This document shows, piece by piece, positions 18,367-26,494 of a stretch of DNA of 64,000 nucleotides. The DNA is taken from assembly GCA_964627825.1 (NCBI GenBank), contig CAZVLJ010000005.1, positions 2,289 to 66,288 on the forward strand, written 5' to 3'. The notes below the pieces were generated by a model, which had not been told where the DNA came from, searched no databases, and worked only from the letters and a program-made list of their open reading frames with translations. Position 1 is the first letter of the stretch. Each line of letters starts with the position of its first letter. This DNA comes from an uncultured Rikenella sp. (GTDB taxonomy: Bacteria > Bacteroidota > Bacteroidia > Bacteroidales > VadinHA17). Both the position numbers and the translations under genes were made by a program.

Positions 18367-19564
18367 TCCTTCGGCAGCATTGGAGAAGCAGTTCTTCATA
18401 GAGGTGAACAGCCAGCAGCGCAACCACCATGGTGAGCGTATCTGCGGCGATGTCTTCCTGTCAGAGAACGTGCGGGAAGAAAACCGAATCATCACCGTGC
18501 TCTCTGACGGCATGGGACACGGAGTAAAAGCCAATATTCTGGCAACGCTCACATCCACCATGGCCCTCAATTTCACGAAGGAACACAAGGAGCCTGACCG
18601 CATTGCCGAGATTATCATGAATACCCTCCCGGTCTGTTCGGAGAGGAAGATCAGCTATGCCACCTTCTCCATTGTTGATATTGAGAGCGACGGCCGTGTC
18701 AATATACTGGAGTATGACAACCCGCGCTGCATTATCCTCAAGGGCAGCCAGCCCTTTGAGCCGGGATGGAAGGATGTGGTGCTTGACACAGGCAGAAATG
18801 CAGGCAAACGTCTTCACAAGTGCACTTTCTACCCCGCCAAGGAGGACCGCATTATCCTTCTTTCCGACGGTGTTGCACAGAGTGGCATGGGATCAGCAGC
18901 ATGGCCCCTGGGATGGGAACGTGACAATGTACTGCAGTACGCCATGTCACTTGTCGCAGGAGAGTCATCCATCTCTGCCGGATCACTTGCAGCGAAGATT
19001 GTCAACATGGCCTATAAATATGACAATTACGAGGCCAAGGATGATATCTCGTGCGCCATTCTTTACTTCCGCGAGCCACGCAAGCTGCTCCTCTGCTCAG
19101 GTCCGCCCTATGATGAGGAAAAGGATAAGGAGCTTGCCTCCATGGTTACGGACTACAACGGCAAGGTAATTCTCTGCGGCGGAACCACCGCTGATATTGT
19201 GGCACGAGAGCTGAACCGCAAAATAGTTGATGAGCTTATATTTGAGGATAACGACCTGCCCCCTGAAAGCTTCATGGAGGGAATAGACCTGGTCACCGAA
19301 GGTATACTTACACTGCAGAAGGTAAGTGAGCTGCTGAAGAGCTACAAAAGCAGCGTCAAGCTCGGTAAGGGTCCGGCTGACAAGATTGTCAGGATGATCA
19401 TGGAGAGTGACGAAATCAACTTTGTGGTGGGCACACGGATCAATGTGGCACACCAGGACCCCAGCCTGCCGGTTGATCTTGAGATACGACGGACAGTGGT
19501 GAAGCGCATAGCGCGCCTGCTGGAGGATAAGTGGCTTAAACAGGTAAGTATTGATTATATTTGA
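18350..19564 (+). CDS. PP2C/SpoIIE-family serine phosphatase with an extra C-terminal domain
   Basis: ICGDVF, VLSDGMGHGVKA and LLSDGVAQSG motifs. ATG 18350 (MNRENN...) overlaps the upstream stop by 17 nt; the track ORF starts at GTG 18284. Confidence 0.8.
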   Translation: MNRENNPSAALEKQFFIEVNSQQRNHHGERICGDVFLSENVREENRIITVLSDGMGHGVKANILATLTSTMALNFTKEHKEPDRIAEIIMNTLPVCSERKISYATFSIVDIESDGRVNILEYDNPRCIILKGSQPFEPGWKDVVLDTGRNAGKRLHKCTFYPAKEDRIILLSDGVAQSGMGSAAWPLGWERDNVLQYAMSLVAGESSISAGSLAAKIVNMAYKYDNYEAKDDISCAILYFREPRKLLLCSGPPYDEEKDKELASMVTDYNGKVILCGGTTADIVARELNRKIVDELIFEDNDLPPESFMEGIDLVTEGILTLQKVSELLKSYKSSVKLGKGPADKIVRMIMESDEINFVVGTRINVAHQDPSLPVDLEIRRTVVKRIARLLEDKWLKQVSIDYI

Positions 19565-19570
19565 AAATAA

Positions 19571-19659
19571 AGTCCTGCGGTCAGGCAGTCATGCAGCCCT
19601 CTGTTATAACGGTTTGATTCTTTGACTGCCAGACTGCCAGACCGCAGGACCGCAGGACT
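19571..19659. terminator. Long imperfect hairpin between convergent genes (candidate bidirectional terminator)
   Basis: AGTCCTGCGGTC (19571..19582) is the exact reverse complement of GACCGCAGGACT (19648..19659). The right arm contains tandem octamers GACTGCCA x2 and GACCGCAG x2, which allow alternative pairing registers. Confidence 0.45.
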
Positions 19660-19660
19660 T

Positions 19661-20089
19661 TCAATCTTTCCGACCTTCAGACTTTTGTGCCTCCCTGAAG
19701 AGGAATGACATCACCTCCGGCAATGAAAGGTTGCGGGGACTTCTCCTGAATGCCCTGACACCCTCTATCTCATCATGGTCGGTCAGTTCTCCCAGCCTCT
19801 CCACCTCTGCATAGAACAACCTGCCATATTGCTTCCCCTTTCCGGCATCAACAGAGTAGTATGATACCGGTTCCATGATGAAATCGATTGCCCCTGTCTC
19901 CTCAATGAGTTCCCTTACTGCTGCCTCCACACTGCTCTCCCCCTCATCAGGATGACCTGCAGGCATCTCCCAGCCACCCCTTCTGCGGTGCCTGACAAAG
20001 AGCCAGCCTCTGTTGTAGCGAGCAGCTATCACAACATACGAAAGCCTTCCTTTGAAATACTCTCCAGGTATCAACTCAACCCTGACCAT
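19661..20089 (-). CDS. NUDIX hydrolase
   Basis: Nudix box GHPDEGESSVEAAVRELIEETG. ATG 20089 (MVRVELIPG...) preferred over the TTG at 20107. Confidence 0.8.
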   Translation of the reverse strand: MVRVELIPGEYFKGRLSYVVIAARYNRGWLFVRHRRRGGWEMPAGHPDEGESSVEAAVRELIEETGAIDFIMEPVSYYSVDAGKGKQYGRLFYAEVERLGELTDHDEIEGVRAFRRSPRNLSLPEVMSFLFREAQKSEGRKD

Positions 20090-20138
20090 GGTGCAAAAGT
20101 AACCCAAAAACAGAAGTGGGTATATTATTGTTTATGAA

Positions 20139-21341
20139 ATGTTACTTTTACTCAAAAGCCGGACAATGCTTTTCTATCTTACATTACTGTTTGCAGATCT
20201 GTTCCTGTGGTTCATTCTACTGAGGGAGCTGAAGGAGAGGGGTAAAATCCTCCGGTTGTCAATACTGGCAGTCAAGGCGGTAGTCTCGGCCATTTTCATA
20301 TTTCTTTTCTTCAGAATCACACTCTATAACGGTGAGTTTGCCGATCCTGCCAATGCTTTCAAACAGATACAGATGGGGACACTGGCCCTGCTGCTTGCGG
20401 CAGCATCATCAGCCTGCCTGATTATTACGGTCATAATAAGGCTGACGTCAGCGGCCCTGAGAAGGAAATACAAGGGGACGGGATTAGCCAACAGCATCGT
20501 CTTCCTTCTGTTTGTTCTCCTGATTGCAGACGGTTATGTCCGGCAGAGGCTGGATATACGCACAATAAGGGAGGAAGTGACCGTCGAGGGCCTCGATCCG
20601 GCACTTGACGGACTGAAGATTGCCCTTATCTCCGACCTGCACATCTCCTCATGGCACGGAAGCTACGGGAGACTTGATCGGGCAATGACAGCAATCACCG
20701 GGGAGGAGCCTGATCTCCTTGTCAACACAGGCGATTTCATCACCTTTGGCTGGCAGGAGTTCGGCAGCAGCGATACCATCCTGAGAAAAGCCCGTGCCGC
20801 TGCCGGTGCTTTTGCAGTTGAAGGAAACCATGACGATGGAACCTATTACCCTGAGTATGATGAGGAGTACGGCAGGATCTGCAGGGCGATGGTAAAGCAG
20901 AGAACTGAAGCATCGGGATACATGCTGCTACGAGACACTGCACTTATCCTAAGGCACCGGGGAGCGGATATTGCTGTGGCTGGCGTCATCACCCGTGGTC
21001 ACCGGCTGGATATGAGCTATGGAAATTTTGAGCAGGTACTGGCCCCACTGCCTGATTCAATACTTACAATACTGTTGCTGCATGATCCGGCAGGGTGGCT
21101 CATGTCATCCGTCTCCGGCCGTATACCACACCTGACGCTCTCAGGCCATACACACGGTTTCCAGGCCGGGTTGCCCGGCACGGGATGGTCGCCTTCCGCA
21201 CTGGTACAGGAGAGATGGAAAGGGCTTCATGAATTCAGGGGAAGACACCTGTACGTCACAACAGGTCTTGGAACCATAGGTATGGCCATGCGAATCTTCA
21301 TGCCACCGGAGATAGTATTTATTACGCTTCGAATCCCTTGA
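20139..21341 (+). CDS. Membrane-anchored calcineurin-like metallophosphoesterase
   Basis: N-terminal hydrophobic helices, then ISDLH, NTGDF, EGNHD and SGHTHG motifs. Confidence 0.8.
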   Translation: MLLLLKSRTMLFYLTLLFADLFLWFILLRELKERGKILRLSILAVKAVVSAIFIFLFFRITLYNGEFADPANAFKQIQMGTLALLLAAASSACLIITVIIRLTSAALRRKYKGTGLANSIVFLLFVLLIADGYVRQRLDIRTIREEVTVEGLDPALDGLKIALISDLHISSWHGSYGRLDRAMTAITGEEPDLLVNTGDFITFGWQEFGSSDTILRKARAAAGAFAVEGNHDDGTYYPEYDEEYGRICRAMVKQRTEASGYMLLRDTALILRHRGADIAVAGVITRGHRLDMSYGNFEQVLAPLPDSILTILLLHDPAGWLMSSVSGRIPHLTLSGHTHGFQAGLPGTGWSPSALVQERWKGLHEFRGRHLYVTTGLGTIGMAMRIFMPPEIVFITLRIP

Positions 21342-21442
21342 CCATGAAAATGTTGCACGTAAAAGTAAATAATGGACGTTGACGGGTACAACCGATTAAC
21401 CATTTCCTTACCTTTGCCGTTTTCACAATACTTTTTACGCGA

Positions 21443-23020
21443 ATGAAACTGAAATATCTGATCGTATCAGCCGTTTTGCTGACGGCGCTACCCGCATATT
21501 CCCAGAAGAAAGCCCTCAGTGTCATCACTCTGAAGGATTCCGAGATTCACATGCAATACCTGTCATCTGACAACCTGGAAGGCAGGCGGACGGGCAGTGA
21601 GGGCAACAACGCTGCTGCTGAATATATCAGGGCTGAAGCTCTCAGGCTCGGCGTGAAGCCTCTCCCCGGCCAGGATGACCTTTTCCAGCCCCTTGAATAT
21701 CTGCGGATAACCACCGTTCCCGGGGAATCGCTCATCACCCTCAGTGATACAAACTCCACTTTTATCCATTCTGAGGATCTCATGCCCCTCATGCCACCTT
21801 CTGACACCGTCAACCTTGACGGTGAGGTGGTCTTTGCGGGGTATGGTTACATGAACAGCAAGGAAAAGTACAACGATTTTGCCGGAGTCAGCGTTAAGGA
21901 CCGCATAGTGATTGTAATGACAAGGGTGCCGGAGGTAAAGGGAAATGGTATGCCCGAGGCCGGTTCAGGCATCAGTGAGATGACCGAGGTGCGCAAGCTT
22001 CCCATGATAATGCTGCAGCAGGCAAAAGCAGTCCTTTTTGTGGCTGACCCCGCCCTCGGCAAAGAGATCTCAGCTGACCTGATGTCAATGGGATCATCAT
22101 ACCAGTTGGTACCACTCTTCAGGAAACAGATACTCACCTTTTCCATCAACGCCTATGCCATCACCACGGAGATGGCCGACAGGATGCTGGGCCAGTCAGG
22201 ACTGACTCTCAGAGAGTTGCAGGACAGCATTGCGTCCAGCCACCAGCCGGCATCATTTATAGTACCCAATCTTAAGGCACAGGTAAGCATCAATGTATCG
22301 AAAGATACCGTTACAAGCAACAACATCATCGGTTACATCGAAGGCTCTGATCCGGAATTAAGTAAGGAAGCTGTGATGTTCACCGCCCATTATGATCATG
22401 TGGGAGTTGATGCGGCCGGTAACATCTATAACGGTGCCAATGACAATGCCTCGGGCAGCGTTGGTCTGCTCAACATCGCGGCAGCCTTTGCCGCCCTTGA
22501 AAGGAAACCGGCAAGAAGTGCAATTTTCTTCTGGACCACCGGCGAGGAGGAGGGTCTCCACGGCTCCTCCTTCTATACCGAGAATCCACTCTTCCCCCTT
22601 GAAAAAACCGTAGCCGACATCAACTTTGACATGATAGGAAGGTCACGGCGCGACACCGACGTGGGCGCATCACTCACCGGAGAGATAGATATCACCGGCC
22701 CCGACACCATCAAGATCATAAACGGTACCGACTGCCCGGTACTGGTGTCATATGCCACTGACGCATGCCGCGAGTCAGGCGTTTATCCCATCAATGAAGG
22801 CAAGGGAACCCACTTCTCGGGATCAGACCACTACCCATTCTACAGGAAGAAAATACCTGTGCTTTTCTTCTTTACCGGACTGCACAAGGACTACCACAAG
22901 CCAACCGATGATTTTGAATTCATTGATTTCGACAAGCTGGTGAATGTATCCAGAGCAGGATTCCTTACCGGTTACAGGGTGGCCTCAGATACTGATTTCC
23001 TTTCAAAAGATACTGATTAA
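21443..23020 (+). CDS. Secreted M28-family aminopeptidase with PA-like insert
   Basis: Signal peptide MKLKYLIVSAVLLTALPAYSQ. Metal-ligand motifs FTAHYDHVG, NDNASG, GEEEGLHGS, NFDMIG and GSDHYPF. Confidence 0.8.
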   Translation: MKLKYLIVSAVLLTALPAYSQKKALSVITLKDSEIHMQYLSSDNLEGRRTGSEGNNAAAEYIRAEALRLGVKPLPGQDDLFQPLEYLRITTVPGESLITLSDTNSTFIHSEDLMPLMPPSDTVNLDGEVVFAGYGYMNSKEKYNDFAGVSVKDRIVIVMTRVPEVKGNGMPEAGSGISEMTEVRKLPMIMLQQAKAVLFVADPALGKEISADLMSMGSSYQLVPLFRKQILTFSINAYAITTEMADRMLGQSGLTLRELQDSIASSHQPASFIVPNLKAQVSINVSKDTVTSNNIIGYIEGSDPELSKEAVMFTAHYDHVGVDAAGNIYNGANDNASGSVGLLNIAAAFAALERKPARSAIFFWTTGEEEGLHGSSFYTENPLFPLEKTVADINFDMIGRSRRDTDVGASLTGEIDITGPDTIKIINGTDCPVLVSYATDACRESGVYPINEGKGTHFSGSDHYPFYRKKIPVLFFFTGLHKDYHKPTDDFEFIDFDKLVNVSRAGFLTGYRVASDTDFLSKDTD

Positions 23021-23050
23021 GGAGCAGGGAGGTCAGCCCCCACCGCCATC

Positions 23051-23749
23051 ATGAGTAAAAGAACTGTCTCACTATCATCAGGTGATGTTGAAGTTGACAT
23101 AATCAGGTCATCACGGAGGACAGTGGCTTTATATGTCGGGCCGGGTGGCACATTGCTGATCAGGGCTCCATGGCTTGTGCCGGTAAAGACGCTGCTGCAG
23201 TTCGCAGAAAAAAAGGCGGGGTGGATTGAACGTCAACGGGACAGGCTGAAGCAGGTTACGCCTCCGGGCTCACCGATGACCGTCACAGATGGCAGCATGG
23301 TGCCGTTCATGGGCAAGCTGCTGGAGGTGAGGATTATCAGAGGACCGGTGCGTATGATAAGGCATGATGACACCAGCCTCCTGCTGACCTTACCGGATGA
23401 TGCCGGTACTGATGAGTCCGTCAGCATGATGGAGGTCTGGTACCTGCGGGAAGCCAAAAGATACCTTCCTGCCAGAACAATGGAGCTTGCCATGCAGCAC
23501 TCCGGGCTGGTCCCTCTGCCCGGCAAGGTGAGTGTCCGTAAAATGAAGCGACGGTGGGGCACATGCCACTCCAATGGCAATATAATGCTTAACAGGGAAC
23601 TGATGAAGAAGACTCCGGATCTGACGGACTACGTCATTGTACATGAACTGTGCCACCTGGTGCATCATAACCACGGCAGGGAGTATTATGAGCTGCTGGA
23701 AAAGATTGTGCCGGATTTCCGGGAAAAGAGGAGAAGGTTGCTGCAATAA
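23051..23749 (+). CDS. YgjP/DUF45-type M48-like metal-dependent hydrolase
   Basis: 232 aa. C-terminal HExxH in VIVHELCHLVHHNHG, with WGTCHSNGNIMLN upstream. Confidence 0.75.
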   Translation: MSKRTVSLSSGDVEVDIIRSSRRTVALYVGPGGTLLIRAPWLVPVKTLLQFAEKKAGWIERQRDRLKQVTPPGSPMTVTDGSMVPFMGKLLEVRIIRGPVRMIRHDDTSLLLTLPDDAGTDESVSMMEVWYLREAKRYLPARTMELAMQHSGLVPLPGKVSVRKMKRRWGTCHSNGNIMLNRELMKKTPDLTDYVIVHELCHLVHHNHGREYYELLEKIVPDFREKRRRLLQ

Positions 23750-23862
23750 TAAGGTCTGAGGGTCTGGCCGCCCTTGGCGGCTGTCCTGTCGGAGCGCAGC
23801 GGAGATCCCGACGGGAAGGTTTGGACGGACCTGCCCTTCGTGAAAACAAAATCCCAAAATCA

Positions 23863-24573
23863 CTATGCAATATTTGTATAGACCGCCAGAATGTCATCAT
23901 CATCCTCGAGGCGGTCGATAAGCTTCTCAACATCAGCCATCTGCTCCTCGGAGAGGGTTACCGGATTAAGCGGAATGCGTTTCAGTGAGGCTCTTTGCAC
24001 CTCAATGCCCTTATCCTCGAGAGCCCTGGACAGAGAGCCAAAGCTCGGGAAGTCGGCATAAACATACCACATGTCATCATACTCCTCAAGAGATTCCAGC
24101 CCGGCCTCTATCAGATCCAGCTCCAGCTCATCACCTGACATGTCTGCCGGAGGATCGAACTCGAACACTGCCTTTCGTGAGAACATGAATTCGAGAGAGC
24201 CTGTAGGGACCACCGTCCCTCCATTCTTGCTGAAGGATGCCCTCACATTGGCAATGGTGCGGGTATTGTTATCGGTGGCAGCCTCCGCCATCACCAGCAC
24301 GCCGTGAGGTCCCTTCCCCTCATATGTAATCTCGGCGTAGTCTGCCGTATCTTTTCCCGCTGCACGATCGATGGCAGCCCTGATATTATCCTTGGGCATG
24401 TTCTGCGCCTTGGCGTTCATGATGGCCGTGCGGAGACGCGCATTCATCTCCGGGTCAGTGCCCCCTTCCCTGGCAGCCATCGTGATTGCCCTGGCAAGCT
24501 TGGGAAAGAGTTTTGACATCCTGTCCCATCTGGCCTCCTTGGAGGCTCTGCGATATTCAAATGCACGTCCCAT
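23863..24573 (-). CDS. YebC/PmpR-family transcriptional regulator
   Basis: 236 aa. The N-terminus [47 protein letters not shown] is highly characteristic of the family. Confidence 0.85.
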   Translation of the reverse strand: MGRAFEYRRASKEARWDRMSKLFPKLARAITMAAREGGTDPEMNARLRTAIMNAKAQNMPKDNIRAAIDRAAGKDTADYAEITYEGKGPHGVLVMAEAATDNNTRTIANVRASFSKNGGTVVPTGSLEFMFSRKAVFEFDPPADMSGDELELDLIEAGLESLEEYDDMWYVYADFPSFGSLSRALEDKGIEVQRASLKRIPLNPVTLSEEQMADVEKLIDRLEDDDDILAVYTNIA

Positions 24574-24663
24574 ATATTAAACAATTACAGGTTTGGATAA
24601 ATGTGCGGCAAAAATACAATTTGGGCCGGAAATTGTTATTCGCGTCAGCAAAAAAACTATCTG

Positions 24664-25896
24664 TCAGGCAAAGAAGAGGTAAGCGATGAAGATTGCCGCT
24701 ATGCTGCCCACGATATCGGCCGTCAGTCCGCATATCACCGCGTACCGTGAATTTTTAATCCCTACAGAGCCAAAATAGACTGCCAGGACATAGAATACCG
24801 TATCGGTTGAACCCTGCAGGCAGCATGCCAGTCGTCCCACAAAGGAATCTGCCCCGTGGGTTGTCATTACATCAATCATCATACCCCGTGAGCCGCTCCC
24901 GCTGAGTGGTTTCATGAGAGCCGTGGGCAGTGCTTCGGTGAATGAAGTGTCAAGTCCCATCCAGGCCACCATGGCAGTAATCCCATCGACCAGCAGGTCC
25001 ATAGCACCCGAGGCTCTGAATACTCCGATGGCAACCAGTATAGCCACCAGGTAGGGAATAATTGTGATTGCGGTCTTGAATCCGTCTTTCGCGCCCTCAA
25101 TAAAGGTCTCATAGACGTTAACCTTCTTCACCATTGCCATCACTATGAATGAGATGATTATGCTGAAGAGGATGAAGTTTGCAGCAAAGGTGGAGATAGT
25201 ATTTATCTGATCCTGGGGCAGGGTACTGAAATACCAGACTATGCCTGCGATAATGGCGGTAAGCCCTCCAAGGTATGCCAGCACCACGCGGTTAAGGAGG
25301 TTGATCTTCTGAGCTATTGCCACGCTGATGAGCCCGGCGAGGGTGGCAATAAACGTTGATATGAGAATAGGTATGAATACGTCGGCAGGATTGGCAGCCC
25401 CCAACTGTGCCCGATAGACCATTATTGTCACCGGTATGAGGCAGAGCCCCGAGGCATTAAGCACCAAAAACATAATCATTGGATCAGAAGCCACCTCCTT
25501 GTCAGGGTTATGTTCCTGCAGCTCCTTCATAGCCTTCAGCCCCATAGGTGTGGCAGCATTGTCCAGACCCAGCATATTGGCCGCCACGTTAAGCATCATG
25601 GAGCCGTTGGCAGGACTTTCGGACGGCAGCTTCGGAAAGAGCTTCCTGAAGAAAGGCCCGATGGCACGAGAGAGCAGTCTCACAGCGCCGCCCTTTTCTC
25701 CCACGCGCATCAGACCCATCCAGAGGGTAAGCACGCCTGTCAGGCCGAGAGATATCTCAAAGCCGGTCTTCGCACTTGAAAAGGTAGAATCAACTATCCG
25801 GTTGAATATCTCCGTGTCACCATTGAAAATCAGTTGCGCAAGGGCGAAGAGAAACCCAATCAGAAAAAATGCAATCCAGATATAATTCAGAGCCAT
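24664..25896 (-). CDS. Nucleoside-recognition (Gate) domain membrane protein, fused SpmA/SpmB-like
   Basis: 410 aa and multi-pass hydrophobic. The pattern GVLTLWMGLMRVGEKGG...NMLGLDNAATPMGLKAM resembles SpmA/SpmB-type proteins, by recall. Confidence 0.6.
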   Translation of the reverse strand: MALNYIWIAFFLIGFLFALAQLIFNGDTEIFNRIVDSTFSSAKTGFEISLGLTGVLTLWMGLMRVGEKGGAVRLLSRAIGPFFRKLFPKLPSESPANGSMMLNVAANMLGLDNAATPMGLKAMKELQEHNPDKEVASDPMIMFLVLNASGLCLIPVTIMVYRAQLGAANPADVFIPILISTFIATLAGLISVAIAQKINLLNRVVLAYLGGLTAIIAGIVWYFSTLPQDQINTISTFAANFILFSIIISFIVMAMVKKVNVYETFIEGAKDGFKTAITIIPYLVAILVAIGVFRASGAMDLLVDGITAMVAWMGLDTSFTEALPTALMKPLSGSGSRGMMIDVMTTHGADSFVGRLACCLQGSTDTVFYVLAVYFGSVGIKNSRYAVICGLTADIVGSIAAIFIAYLFFA

Positions 25897-25960
25897 CCGG
25901 TAAATTCTCAGATCCTAAAAATAGGGATTTTTTTGTTCAGCCGCAGGGCGAAGGAAGATA

Positions 25961-26344
25961 TCAGAGCTCATCCACCTCAATTATTTCGAAAGGGACCTGG
26001 AGGATGGTCTTAAAATCCCTTCCTGCATCACGCATATTCTCATCACCCTTCTCACAATACCACCTGATAAGCACATCCCGGTCAGCCAGACTGATCCGTT
26101 CAAACCTCTTGAAAAGGGCATGTATCCTGTTTGATGAACTGGTATTGAAAAACTCGAACCTGACGCTCAGAACCGTCCTCTCGGCCGGCCTGGCACCATA
26201 TTTCTCAACATAGTGCAGCAACGGCGTATAAAAACTGTTTGAGTTCTCGGGTACGGATTTGCCCCTTATCTCAAACAGACCAAGTTCAGGATCAAACGAT
26301 ACTGACGGTGTCCTGGATGTTTGCTTGATCTCTATCTTTTCCAT
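25961..26344 (-). CDS. DUF1987 / SiaC-family protein (partner-switch phosphoprotein family)
   Basis: MEKIEIKQTSRTPSVSFDPELGLFEIRGKSVPENSNSFYTPLL...FEFFNTSSS...WYCEKGDENM matches my recollection of DUF1987. ATG 26344 preferred over the upstream start at 26398. Confidence 0.6.
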   Translation of the reverse strand: MEKIEIKQTSRTPSVSFDPELGLFEIRGKSVPENSNSFYTPLLHYVEKYGARPAERTVLSVRFEFFNTSSSNRIHALFKRFERISLADRDVLIRWYCEKGDENMRDAGRDFKTILQVPFEIIEVDEL

Positions 26345-26494
26345 ATGTATGAATACACAGCAAAGTATAAATGTATGGATTTCCTCCAATATAGGCAAAC
26401 TCGCAGTGAGATGTTGAAAAGTTACCGGGAAATTAACACTGCTTTATGCTACATTTGAAGACAACAGCTATTCATCATCAATCATTTACATTAA

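Noticed and set aside
19624-19659. Tandem octamer repeats considered as a possible CRISPR or VNTR array
   Set aside because: There are only two copies each of two 8-nt units and no spacers. They are complementary to the sequence at 19571..19590, so the element is better explained as a hairpin arm.
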